From NCBI GenBank assembly GCA_037447605.1, contig CM074804.1, positions 372,001 to 436,000 on the forward strand: a stretch of DNA of 64,000 nt, given 5' to 3'. The stretch is from Zygnema circumcarinatum SAG 698-1b. Taxonomy: Eukaryota; Plantae; Zygnematophyceae. Made by a program: the position numbers and the translations under genes. Under the pieces are notes generated by a model, which searched no databases, was not told where the DNA came from, and saw only the letters and a list, made by a program, of their open reading frames with translations. Below are positions 12,906 to 30,079 of the stretch, in pieces; positions within the stretch are counted from its first letter, which is position 1, and each line of letters starts with the position of its first letter.

Positions 12906-14301
12906 TGGGTTGGGCTGAAGCTTGACGGAATTAGGGTTTGGATCGTGGACTGAATGTCGGACATTGCCGGAGAGTTCTGTGTTGCGGCATCCGTTAGATT
13001 TTGAGTTTTACGGAATTTTGGTGATGGAACGCGTGAGGGATACTACGGCAGGCTAAGCTTGTCTATCATTGGAGTTCGCAGTCTATTCTTTTTGGGGGGT
13101 TAAAGGGCCAGAAGGGGAGGGACAGAGAGAGAGGGAGGGGGAAGGGAGGGAGGGAGGGAGTGGGAGGCAGGGTGTCGGAGGGATTTGGGTTTTGCTCTCT
13201 CAAATACTTCTTTGGAGTATTTGGGAGAGGCATAATGTGGCATGATATGGCTCTCCTTATTTCGAAGCAGGAGTGTTGTATATAGAGAGAAGATTGAAAT
13301 TAATTAGGTTGAGAATTAGTACTGTGCTCCGAGGAAGGCATACGGTATGTCGTGTGCCTCCTGGAAGCGCTGTGGTGTACTGCTTCTTGTCATGCCATTT
13401 GCACACAAGGGAAAGAGATTTTGCATGGACGGACCGTCGGTGCGCATGGAACGTGTTGTGTGGACTTACTGGTGCAAATGGTGATGGGCGGCATGGCATG
13501 CCGTTGTCACACGAATGCCACATTGCATGGTGATGTCATGTATGCCCACTTTCTCATGTCTGCCATCATTATGGATTGTGCATGCGCCGTGAGGGGGAGG
13601 CGCTGACGTCAACCCTATATGAGAGAAAAAATAAGGTACGAATATGTACGGCCTGCGGCTACGACTGCAACTGTCAGAACGTACCGTTAGCCTCTGACTG
13701 CCGGCCGACTGCCGGGCGACCAGATGATGTGGCCATGGAATCAATATCTTGCAAAGTGCGCCAGCTGCGGAGTTCAATAGCAAGCTGACACGTGTCTTGA
13801 ACGATGTACGTGGAAGAGTCGCTAGAGTTGAATTTGTCGTAATTGTGGTTCGCTGTGGAATGCAACGACACTGGCATGGAGCCTGTTATAGCGATGTGAT
13901 ACAGAGGGCGAGCTTTCGCGCGTCATGCAGCGACGCGGGGAGGTGGGGGAGGGGGAGGGAGAGGGGGAGGGAGAGGGGGAGGGCGAGGGAGTGAGAGAGT
14001 GGAGAGGGAGGGAGAGGGAGAGGGAGAGGGAGAGGGAGAGGGAGAGGGAGAGGGAGAGAGAGAGGGGAGTGAGAGAGTGGAGAGGGAGGGAGTGGGAGAG
14101 GGAGAGGGAGAGGGAGAGGGAGAGAGCGGCGGGGTGGAGGGAGGGCTGTGGGAGGGAGACATCAGTGGACAGCAAAGACGCAGAGAGGGAGAAACAGAGA
14201 AAGGGTGCGAGAACGAGAACGAGAACGAGAGCGAGAGAAAGAGAGACAGAGAGAGCGAGAGAGAGAGAAAAAAAGAGAGTTCGAGAGAGAGTGAGCGCGA
14301 G

Positions 14302-19256
<4,955 letters not shown>

Positions 19257-19791
19257 AGTTTAATTGGTTATATGTTGTTGGGTTTTTAAAAAGGAAGGAA
19301 GGAGGCTACAAATTTGGTCTTTTCAGGGTTGAGGATTTTTAGGGAGGTTGGTGGGTTGTGGCTTAATTGGAAGAAGGGTTTGTCTTGTAAAAAAATTGTT
19401 GCGGATTCAAATTTCCAACTGTGAAGAAGCCGGTTTGTGGTGTTTTTTGGGGTTCCTTATGTGGGTTCGTTTGAATTGGGCTCATTTTGAGTGTCAAAAT
19501 TTTATCAGGATAAAAAATTTACTTTTTTAATTTTTTAGACGGTCGGTGATGAGTTAGAAACATCGCCTTCTCCCTCCTCTCTCCCTCTCTCTCTCCCCTC
19601 CCCCTCTCCCTCTCGAAAACACTTGATACCTTTACGCAGTTATAATTTTACCTTTATAAATTATTGTCAAACATGAAGTGTACAGGAATGTTCCATGCCC
19701 TTCCACCTCCTCTCGAGCCCTTAACGAGAGGACCTCTTTTACAAATAAAATGAAAACTAAATCTTCTTCTTTTCCTTCCACGCCAGCGTCC

Positions 19792-20366
19792 TCATCCAAC
19801 CAGAAGAATTTTCCCACCTCGTCCCTCAACCTGCACCGACAAATCACATAACATTCAAATCTTTAATCCTTCATCCTATGAAATAGGCTCAGGAGGGCTT
19901 CGGGATTGAGGCTCAGAAGTAAGTCTTTAGCGGTTAAATGTTAGGGCTTTTATGGTCTTCCAAGGACCCCCTGCTTGAGTCCGCTCAGCTGCTCTTGCCA
20001 ATAAGCTTTTAGCAATCAAACTATTAAAAAAGGTGTGCTTTGAACAACCCCCTTCTCTCACCCCTTGCTTCTTGAGAGCCTCCTTGAAGTCCGATAGGTC
20101 CACTCTCTCCCCGCAGTACGGCTCTATCACTTTCTCCTCCAATAGGCCCATCACCTCCGCGAACAGAGCAGCCCTCTCCTCCGCCGCAAGGCCGTGCACG
20201 TACGGACTCAGCCAGAATCCGGTTAGGGCCACACCCCTGTGAATTTGACAGACAGGGAAGGAACAAGCCGAAGTCGAGCCCAGCTTTTAGGGTTGGTAGG
20301 GTTTGTGGGAAAACAAAGGGAAGGGGAGAGGGGAGGAGGGGGGGGGGGGGGGGGGGNNNNNNNNNN

Positions 20367-20405
<39 letters not shown>

Positions 20406-21640
20406 GAGAGACTCACAAGCGTGTTTTTACAATGGACGTCTGGATAACTAACCATGCACGCTATGATTTAAGTACAAAGAGGTAAATTAAGATGGAATGT
20501 GTACTCCATACTAGAGAAGAAAATCTGCAGAGAAGCTCTCACCGGAACAGCAAGTCCCCAACGGACGCTTCAAAGCTGAACGCTCCCATGGCGCCATAGA
20601 GAAGCACCGTTCCGTTGTTCCTTACGGCCGCGGCCACTTTCTGTTCCCCACAACAGCGAAGAAAACGACTCATTCATTCCCCCTCCTTCCCCCCTCCACA
20701 AACCCCCTTCCCTCCCTCTCTCCCTCCCTCTCTCCCTCCCTCATTCACACCTACATCCGTCCCCGCTCACAGAACACAAGGTCCGCAGTTCCATGTTCCC
20801 AAGGTCCAAAGTATGGAGGAGAAGAAGCTCACTCCCATCATCTCCCCCGCGATGCACTCAACGGCGCCGTACGCCCCTCTCCCTCCCGTGATCTCCTTCA
20901 CTCTCTCAGCGATGTCCTCCTCCGCCGAACAGATCACTTCATCCGCACCGATCGCCTTCAGCTCCGCAATTTGCGCACTTCGTCGAACGACGTTTATGGT
21001 CTGTACACACACCAAAAGAGCCACAATAAAGGACAAGATTTTACGGATACACATTCTTTTTTTTTTAAGTAGTTGACCTGTATGTGCTGATCCACATTTC
21101 ACTGAACATATGAACATTCATGTACCCCCGCCATCCCCGCTCTTGGACACCTTAATTTTTTCCAAAAATTAACCCCATGGAATTCCCCATCTATTAAACT
21201 TCCAAATTCCCATAGTTTTTTTTTTTTTTCCCATTTGAAGCACCTATTGACACGGCCCGTTGCATGGTCTCACCTTGATTCCGTAATGCTTTGCCAAAGT
21301 GATGAGCATTCGACCGAGCACAGAACCCGCCGCCGTTTGAAGCAAATAGTCGCCTTTTGGAATGTTGAGCACTTTCAGCATTCCCACGGCTGCCCCGCTC
21401 AGAACAAATCAAAAAGAGAAAATCAAAGGGAGCCTGCGTCGTCAAAAAAAGGCAGCACTGCCTTCACTGATGCGCTCGGACCCCCCCCCTCTCTCTCTCT
21501 TTCCCTTCTTCTCCCTCTGACTGTCCCGTCAACCCGTCAAACATTCCTGACATTTAATTCGCCTCGAACCGTTACCATTCGCTCTACCTTCCTCCCCTCC
21601 TTCCTCCCTCCCCTCCCTCCCTCCTCCCCTNNNNNNNNNN

Positions 21641-21678
<38 letters not shown>

Positions 21679-24253
21679 GAGAGACTCACAAGCGTGTTTT
21701 TACAATGGACGTCTGGATAACTAACCATGCACGCTATGATTTAAGTACAAAGAGGTAAATTAAGATGGAATGTGTACTCCATACTAGAGAAGAAAATCTG
21801 CAGAGAAGCTCTCACCGGAACAGCAAGTCCCCAACGGACGCTTCAAAGCTGAACGCTCCCATGGCGCCATAGAGAAGCACCGTTCCGTTGTTCCTTACGG
21901 CCGCGGCCACTTTCTGTTCCCCACAACAGCGAAGAAAACGACTCATTCATTCCCCCTCCTTCCCCCCTCCACAAACCCCCTTCCCTCCCTCTCTCCCTCC
22001 CTCTCTCCCTCCCTCATTCACACCTACATCCGTCCCCGCTCACAGAACACAAGGTCCGCAGTTCCATGTTCCCAAGGTCCAAAGTATGGAGGAGAAGAAG
22101 CTCACTCCCATCATCTCCCCCGCGATGCACTCAACGGCGCCGTACGCCCCTCTCCCTCCCGTGATCTCCTTCACTCTCTCAGCGATGTCCTCCTCCGCCG
22201 AACAGATCACTTCATCCGCACCGATCGCCTTCAGCTCCGCAATTTGCGCACTTCGTCGAACGACGTTTATGGTCTGTACACACACCAAAAGAGCCACAAT
22301 AAAGGACAAGATTTTACGGATACACATTCTTTTTTTTTTAAGTAGTTGACCTGTATGTGCTGATCCACATTTCACTGAACATATGAACATTCATGTACCC
22401 CCGCCATCCCCGCTCTTGGACACCTTAATTTTTTCCAAAAATTAACCCCATGGAATTCCCCATCTATTAAACTTCCAAATTCCCATAGTTTTTTTTTTTT
22501 TTCCCATTTGAAGCACCTATTGACACGGCCCGTTGCATGGTCTCACCTTGATTCCGTAATGCTTTGCCAAAGTGATGAGCATTCGACCGAGCACAGAACC
22601 CGCCGCCGTTTGAAGCAAATAGTCGCCTTTTGGAATGTTGAGCACTTTCAGCATTCCCACGGCTGCCCCGCTCAGAACAAATCAAAAAGAGAAAATCAAA
22701 GGGAGCCTGCGTCGTCAAAAAAAGGCAGCACTGCCTTCACTGATGCGCTCGGACCCCCCCCCTCTCTCTCTCTTTCCCTTCTTCTCCCTCTGACTGTCCC
22801 GTCAACCCGTCAAACATTCCTGACATTTAATTCGCCTCGAACCGTTACCATTCGCTCTACCTTCCTCCCCTCCTTCCTCCCTCCCCTCCCTCCCTCCTCC
22901 CCTCCCTCCCTCCTCCCTCCCTCCTCCCCTCCCTCCCTCCTCCCTCACTCCCACCCTCCCTTCCCTCCCTCCGTCCATCCCCTCCCTCCCTCCTCCCTCN
23001 NNNNNNNNNTCCTCCCCTCCCTCCCCCCCCTCTCCCACCTGTGACGGGGTTCACCACGAGCTGCGCCGCCGCCTCGTCGCTGACTCCCTCCGGCACACGT
23101 GCGAGCTCGTCCTCCCGCACCGCCACGTATTCCTGCCACGAGCCTTCTCCCGCGGGGCGGAGGAAGAGTAGCGGCACCACTCTGTCCCCCGCGCGGTACA
23201 GGCACGCGCCCTCGCCCGCCTGCGCCCCAAAGGGAAGGGCCCTTGGGACCATTGTGGGCTCGTTCGGGTATAAATAGGAAAGGTAAGCGGTCTTATTCTT
23301 CTTTGTTTTATTGGTGATTTAATTTATTCTTGTTGTTTTCTTTTACCTCCTCCACGACGCCGTAGCCCTCGAGGCCGGGCGTGGCGGGGAAGGCGAGGGG
23401 TTGGAAGCCGGGGTAGACCCCCATGAGGGAGAACACGTCAGCAGGGTTCAGGGGCCGCACGCTGCACACGTGGCAGACATGGGGGGTTAAGCAAGTGAGA
23501 GGGAGGGAGGGAGAGGGGAGTGGTGGGGAGGGAGAGTGAGAAGTGTGCCAGAGAGAGAGGCAGTGGGAAGAGAGGAGGGGGAGTGTGAAGGAGGGAGAGG
23601 GAGGGAGAGAAGGGGGGTGAAATCGGAGGGAAGTAAAGGAAAGAAAATAAGAGGCGGGGGATAAACGGAGGGAGGGGAGAGAGAGAGAGGGAGAGGGGAG
23701 GAGGGAGGGAGGGAGGAAGGGAGAAGGAGAGTGAAAAGTAAGAGAAAGTGAGCCAAGAAAACTACTGATTTCCTCATTTCTATATTGTTCAAAAGAGAAA
23801 AGAAAATTAATAGAGAGAATTTCAATAATGTTTTAAAAAAAAAAAATATGATATCTTGCAAAAATTGAATGTTGAAAACAGCTAAAATTTCAAATCATTC
23901 GATCAGTCAATTTCTGAGGGATTAAATATGGCACTAAAAAGTGCAGATCGGAACCAGTACCGCATCCGAACGAGTACTTCGCCGGGCCCCGGCTTTGGCT
24001 TCGGCTTCTCCACGAGCTCCGCCGCCTCCATGTACTTCTCGGGGCCCAAAAAAGCCTTAATCTGCAAATATGTCCCAGTAAAGAAAAGAAAAACATTTAA
24101 AAAAATATGAAAAGAAAAGATAGAAAGATTCAAAGCTTTAATATTCAAAACATTACCTTGAAATTAAACCCCAATTAATAGAAAAAATAACTAAAAATAA
24201 AAAACACGTAAGATATACGGGGGGGGGGGGTCCACCTGCACGGCTCGGTTCAT
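19792..24253 (-). CDS. MDR-superfamily NADPH oxidoreductase, 2-enoyl-thioester-reductase-like (zinc-independent)
   Basis: Minus-strand exons 24253-24236, 24061-23961, 23461-23347, 23219-23039, 22662-22547, 22273-22106, 21913-21816, 20236-20062, 19830-19792. Motifs PKPGPGEVLVRM, NPADVFSLMGVYP, PGLEGYGVV, GDRVV, GSWQEY, VNPVTA, LLQTAAGSVLGRM, GADEVI, GTVLLYGAM, GRGGKILLVG*. Exons 5-7 appear twice in the assembly. Confidence 0.9.
20367..22903. repeat. Near-exact 1,273-bp tandem duplication (20367-21630 / 21641-22903) bounded by N gaps; probable assembly artefact
   Basis: Identical ORFs recur at a 1,273-nt offset (20615/21888, 20767/22040, 21194/22467). Both copies start right after a gap, with 38 vs 37 G. 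Confidence 0.85.
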
Positions 24254-24546
24254 CTTGGCGGCGGAGCTTGGTCACCCTTCGATCGCTTCCAGGCGTAAGA
24301 TGGCCAAAAAGTGAGAGGAAGAAGCTGGGCTTGCCCTCTATATGGGTGTCGTTTTACGGGTAACTGTAACAGGGAAAGGAAGGTTCCATGGTTTTCAGGA
24401 ATGCGTACTCTGCGAGTAGGGGAGGAAGGGCGTTTGTCGTTTCAAAATATATTCGCTCTGAAAAAGAAACGGAGTTGATTAGGGAGTGACACGCTTCGGT
24501 TCCTGATTCGTTGACAGTACGGTACAAGACAAGCGAATATTTTGGA

Positions 24547-24976
24547 TGACGTCACTCGCAGGTGTAATACAGTAATACTCTCATACTGATGCACCTGTCG
24601 AGTAACTTCGCGGGTTGGGTGACGTCAGCGCAAAATGTCTAATGTCAACACGTGGCGGTAAAACGTCGTACTGTATTGTGAGAGTACTTTCGGGAATAAC
24701 GCAAACTGAAAGTGGAGTTTCCGTGAACTTTCACGAGTTTCTGGTTTGCAGTTTTTTTGGATGTACCCAATAATAATATTTTTCGAAAATGCCAAAACTT
24801 AACCCTAAGGGCACATTGTTTCTTACAGTACGAACAGTTCAGGACACATCCTGAAATCTCCCATGCGACATATCTTCCCGACCAGCCGGCTAGTTCGTAC
24901 ACATTGCCGGTCAAATATGCCGGTTGGAAAACTTGCCGGCCGCGACTTATTTCCTGCCGGCGATTTTTGCCACGTG
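24547..24976. promoter_or_regulatory. bZIP-type motifs in the divergent promoter (2x TGACGTCA, 2x CACGTG)
   Basis: TGACGTCA at 24547-24554 and 24620-24627; CACGTG at 24649-24654 and 24971-24976, between head-to-head ATGs at 24253(-) and 25401(+). Confidence 0.35.
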
Positions 24977-25297
24977 TCGCGTGCCAGAAGACAGCTGTGC
25001 GGAAACCTCGAGGGGGGGGGGGGGGGGGGGGGGGGNNNNNNNNNNGGGGGGGGGGGGGGGTTGTGCGCCTATCGGCTGCCAGACTAGGGTTGAAGGATCG
25101 GCGATGGTTTCCTGAACCCTAAATTTGTTCCTTCGAGCTTTTGAGACCTCCCAAGGGGGGGTCCACCAATTTATCAAGAAACTGAAACACCAGAAACCCG
25201 CAAACCCAGCAAATGTAAAAACCTGAATTCTTCCAAACACCAAAAAATACGCAGACTCTGAACCCCTGATCAACCTGTAAACCCTGAAAAACCCCAA

Positions 25298-25393
25298 AAC
25301 CCTGAACCTCTCCTTAAACCCTAATCCCTACACCCCAAACCCTCTGCCCTATGCCCTCCACCCTGCGCCCTCAACCCTAAACCCTAAACCCTA
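25298..25393 (+). promoter_or_regulatory. Telo-box / interstitial telomere-like cluster directly 5' of ATG 25401
   Basis: AAACCCTAAT at ~25317 and tandem CCCTAAA CCCTAAA CCCTA at 25375-25393, plus CCCT variants. Confidence 0.6.
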
Positions 25394-25400
25394 CCCCGCC

Positions 25401-27161
25401 ATGGCGGAGGAGACGATTCTGACGGGTGAGGACCTCATGGCGGGCCCGCCCTCCCCGTGCGTGCCTGCTGAGCTGGCGGCGGCGGTGCTGCCAGGAGTCG
25501 ACACGTGTGCGGAACATCTCAGGACTCTCTTCAGCTGTGAGTGGGAGGCCTCTCTCTCTCTCTCTCCCTTGGTCCTTCCCCCATTACCTCTCTCTACCCG
25601 TTTTGTCTCTCTCCTTTCCCTCTCTCTCTCCTCTCTCTCCTCTCCGTGTCCTCTCACTTCATCTTTTCCCCCTCTCTCGCTCTCCTCTCCCTTTCTCCCT
25701 ACTTTAACACTCCCCCCACTCTCTGTCTCCTCTGCCTCTTCCCTCTTTCACCCCCTCCCATCTCTCCCCCTTCCCTCCTTCACCTCCTTCTCTGCCCACT
25801 TTCCCTCTCTCCCCTCTCTCTCAATGTCTGCCCTCTCTTTCTCCTCTCCCTCTTGTCTCCCTCTCTCCCCTCTCTCTGTTCCTCCCCTCCCTCTTTCCTC
25901 TCCCACTTCCCTCCCTCTATCTCCTCCCCTTCTCTCTCTCTTTCCCCCCTCTCAGGCCTGCACAGGCTGGACGTGGAGCCATTCTGCCAGGACGAAATAA
26001 TTCGGTTTAAAAAATGCAGCCAGAACCGGGTATGAAATTGAATTTTCCAAACATTTGCCTTTTCTCTCCCTCTCTCCCTCTCTCCCTCTCTCTCTCTCTC
26101 TCGTCGCTTTTCTCTCTCTACCTTCTGCCTCTCCCCTTCTCTTCCAGTCCAACCTCCCCTCCTTGACTTGTTTTTATTGTCGGGGGATCAGTGAACTTTT
26201 TGTGAGTATATGATCAAAAAGCAACTTATTTCCTGTAGCTAATTTTTTTTTTTGAAGCTGCCCGTTTGCATGCAGGACCTAGTGCTGCGCCAACGGCTTA
26301 TTGAAGCGGAGGCAAAATTTTCCGGGCAGCTTTCGGAAAAGGAAGCGCGGGAGAGGGCAGAAAGTCTGAAGGCAGAAGGAGAGCTGCTGGAAAGGTGAGG
26401 CCGAATTCCAGCTGCTGTCGTTTTCCGGTTCGTTCCTTCGCAATAGGAAAGAGAATGGTTTGGTCCCTCTCGCTCTCTCTCTCGCTCTCTCCCTCTCGCT
26501 CTCTCTCTCAGACACACGCGCAGGCTCTTCTCGGCTCTCTCTTTTCTCCCCTCCCTCCCATCTATCTCCTCCTTCTCGTCACTTTTCTCCTCTATCACTC
26601 GTCCTTCGCTGTTATCTTACTTTCGACACCTGTCCCATTTTCTTCCTCCTTCCTCCTCTCACTCTCCTTATTTCCCTCTCCTGTGTTCCCTGGCCTCCTC
26701 TACCCCTACTCCGCCCTGTCTCAACGCGTCTATCCCCATCCTTCCTCCCCCTCTCTCTCCCCCTCCCCTTCCCCCTCCACCTCCCCATCCCCACTCTCTT
26801 CCCGCTCCCCACTCCCTCCTCTCCCCCCCCCTCCCCCTCCCCCTTCTCTNNNNNNNNNNAGGGGAGGAGGGGAGGAGGGGAGGAAGGGAGGAAGGGAAGC
26901 GGGGAGTGGAGGGAAGGGAGAGAGGGAGGGAGGGAGGGACGTAACAAGAGAGAGAGCAAGAGGTCAGAAGTTAATGAGAATGTGAGTGGACCGTGAGACG
27001 AGGGATCTCACGGGGTTGTTCACTTGGATGCTCCCCCCGTTGGACCTTATACTGGCAATAAGGATCGGGTGCAGGGACGGAAGAGGGAGAGATATAGGAG
27101 GGGAGAGGGAGAGAAAGCATGATCGAGTAGAAACAAGTGGCTGGTTTGATAGCCAGAAAGA

Positions 27162-27195
<34 letters not shown>

Positions 27196-27529
27196 CGAGG
27201 GAGAGAGAGAGAGATAGAGTAGGAGAGAGATGGATGTAAAGCTCATTTTTCCTCCCACCCTTTTTCATCGACCGCTGATTAAAATTGCCTGTTTCCAAAT
27301 CCCTATTTTTTTCCTTTCCCTTTCTTTTTGCACTCGCGAAACTACGCGTAATCTGCAATGCAGGGAAAGTAATCACTTTCTTGTCCCTTTTTTTCTTTTT
27401 ATAATCGATGGGATTCGTTTTGATTTGGGCTCCAGGAAGCGGTTGGAGGTCGTGGAGGGCCGGGTCAAGTCCCTCGAGGAGGAAAAGACAAAAAAGGCGG
27501 TCCCAAAAAGAAATTGGATATTTTTTTGA
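25401..27529 (+). CDS. Conserved plant-type uncharacterised protein with twin CX9C motif and C-terminal coiled coil
   Basis: Exons 25401-25536, 25956-26029, 26276-26394, 27436-27529 (an extra exon could lie in the gap at 26850). Spliced: MAEETILTGEDLMAGPPSPCVP...CAEHLRTLFSC-LHRLDVEPF-CQDEIIRFKKC...RKRLEVVEGRVKSLEEEKTKKAVPKRNWIFF*. Confidence 0.8.
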
Positions 27530-27686
27530 GAATTTCGCTTTCAAGCTTAAGGTTTGAGGTTTTTTCCCTTTTTTTTTTTGTCCATTTCATATTTTCTATA
27601 TTTTACATTTATTTTTTCTGTTATTGCCCAATGTTGGAGACTGAGTGTGAATCCCAAACGGAGGGGGGTCTCAGATGATTGGCCAT

Positions 27687-28420
27687 GGTTAACCAATCAG
27701 TGGCTAAAATCAATCGATGGTTAACCAATCACTGGCTAGAACCAATCGAGGGTTAACCAATCAGTGGCTAGAATCAATCCAGGGTTAACCAATCAGTGGC
27801 TAGAATCAATCGATGGTTAACCAATCAGTGGCTAGAACCAATCGAGGGTTAACCAATCAGTGACTAGAATCAATCGATGGTTAACCAATCAGTGGCTAGA
27901 ACCAATCGAGGGTTAACCATTCAGTGGCTCAAATCAATCGATGGCTAACCATTCAGTGGCTAAAATCAATCGATGGTTAACCAATCACTGGCTAGAACCA
28001 ATCGAGGGTTAACCAATCAGTGGCTAGAACCAATCGATGGCTAACCAATCATTGGCAAGAACCGATCAATGGTTAACCAGTTAGTGGCTGAAAACAATCA
28101 ATGGTAAACCAGTCAGTGGCTGAGAATCAATCAATGGTTAATCAACCAGTGGCTAGAACTAATCACTGGTTAACCAATCAGTGGCTAGACCCAATCGATG
28201 ATTAACCAATGAGTGGCTAGAACCAATCAATGGTTAACCAACCAGTGGCTAGATTCAATCAATGGTTAACCAGTCAGTAGCTAGAACCAATCGATGGTTA
28301 ACCAGTCAGTGGCTACAACCAATCAATGGTAAACCAATCAGTGACTAGAACCAATCGATGGTTAACCAATCATTGGCTAGAACCTATCGATGGTTAACCA
28401 AACATTGGCTAGAACCAATC
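27687..28420. repeat. 32-bp minisatellite, ~23 units, consensus GGTTAACCAATCAGTGGCTAGAACCAATCGAT
   Basis: First GGTTAACC at 27687, second at 27719, last at 28392; units are head-to-tail with scattered substitutions and no unique spacers. Confidence 0.97.
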
Positions 28421-28625
28421 CACGTGAAAGTCTGAGGGTCCCAAATTCTAATCATTCATTTTCCTTTCTCATAGGAGAACTATATACCGCCCCCCTTATT
28501 TGGTTATCCCGCCACTGTTTTTTTGAAATCCGACCCTCCCATTTCGGCTATTCTGCCCCCCTCCCCCATTTTGGATATTTCGGGAAGAGATCGCCCCCCT
28601 CTTTTGAATATTTCTTTCCCGCCCC

Positions 28626-29510
28626 TCCCGTCCTCTACCCTCCCGTCCCCTGCCCTCCCCCTCCCCTCCCCCGCCCCTTCCCTCCCCTTCCCTGCCCTCC
28701 CCTCTCGTCCTCTCCCCTCCCTCCCCTTCCCTCCCCTCCCTCCCTGTCCACCCCTCCCCCTCCCTCCCTCCCTCCCTCCTCCCTCCCTCCCTCCCTCCCT
28801 CCCTCCTTCCCTCCCCTCCCTCCCCTCCCTGCCCACCCCTCCCCTTCCCTCCCCTCCCTCCCTCCCTCCCTCCCCTCCTGCCCACCCCTCCCCTCCCTCC
28901 CTCCTCCCTTCCCTCCTCCCTCCCTGCCCACCCCTCCCCTTCCCTCCCCTCCCCTCCCCTCCCCTCCCTCCCTCCCTGCCCACCCCTCCCCTCCCTCCCT
29001 CCCTCCCTCCCCTCTCCCCTCCCCTCCCTGCCCACCCCTCCCCCTCCCTCCCCTTCCCTCCCCTCCCCCTCCCCTCCCTCCTTCCCTCCCCTCCCTCCCC
29101 TTCCTCCCTCCCTTCCCTGCCCACCCCTCCCCCTCCCCTCCCCTTCCCTCCCCTTCCCTCCCCTTCCCTCCTCCCTCCCTCCCTCCCTCCCTCCCTCCCC
29201 TTCCTCCCCTCCCTCCCTTCCCTCCCCTTCCCTGCCCTCCCCTCTCGTCCTCTCCCCTCCCCTCCCCTCCCCTCCCCTGTCCACCCCTCCCCTCCCCTCC
29301 CCTTCCCTCCCCTTCCCTGCCTTTCCCTCTCGTCCTCTCCCCTCCCTCCCTTCCTCCCCTCCCTCCCTGCCCACCCCTCCCCCTCCCTCCCTGCCCACCC
29401 CTCCCTCCCTCCCTGCCCACCCCACCCCTCCCCCTCCCCTTCCCTGCCCACCCCTCCCCTCCCTCCCTTCCCTCCCTGCCCACCTCTCCTTCCCTTCTTC
29501 CTCTCGGTTT
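28626..29510 (+). repeat. ~0.9-kb polypyrimidine tract (CCCT/CCCCT with recurring CTGCCCACCCCT) inside the MULE
   Basis: Almost pure C/T on the + strand; explains the spurious Pro-rich and Gly/Arg/Glu-rich ORFs. Confidence 0.9.
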
Positions 29511-29525
29511 GCAATCTCCACACAA

Positions 29526-29936
29526 ATGACTGAGTATAAGTCTCGCGATGAGCTTGTACAAGTCTTGACCAAGCACTACAAGCAAGAAGGATTTCACATC
29601 AAGATCGGCAAGCATAGCGATAGCCGCCGACTCTACATGCAATGCTTTAGCGGGGGGACCTACGAGGACAGAGGTCTGGAAGAGAGTAGTAAGAAGAGGA
29701 ATACTTCCAGCCGCTTGAAAAATTGCCCTTTCGAGATCAGGGCGACGTTTTCCGAGAAGAAGGACATGTGGGTTGTAAAATCTGTCGTTGAAGAGCACAA
29801 CCACGTCATTTCCATTGGGTATGCTGAGAAAAGGCGCTTAGACATTCACGATAAGGAATGTGTTAGGGAGATGGCACAAAAAAATTTATTCTCTTTTTAT
29901 CCTTTTTCTTTTGGTGGGTGTGAAGCTCTGTCATGA
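29526..29936 (+). pseudogene. Truncated MULE transposase N-terminus (FAR1/AFT-like DNA-binding zinc finger), no DDE domain
   Basis: [46 protein letters not shown]...[33 protein letters not shown] fits the C...CPF...W...HNH pattern; the frame runs into low-complexity sequence after ~29880. Confidence 0.8.
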
Positions 29937-29960
29937 TGTAATGGTTGGCTTGCTTGCTCG

Positions 29961-30079
<119 letters not shown>

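Noticed and set aside
26860-27230. GA-rich block after a gap, possibly an inverted contig or a missing exon of the CX9C gene
   Set aside because: No convincing exon on either strand; exons 3 and 4 already join in phase; unresolvable without reads.
27687-28420. Possible CRISPR array (32-bp partly palindromic repeat)
   Set aside because: Units are contiguous with no unique spacers, there are no cas genes, and the context is eukaryotic.
28390-29804. 340-390-aa Pro-rich and Gly/Arg/Glu-rich ORFs in several frames
   Set aside because: Open in many frames on both strands because the tract is nearly pure C/T; no signal peptide or splice context, unlike the GH5 Pro-rich exon.
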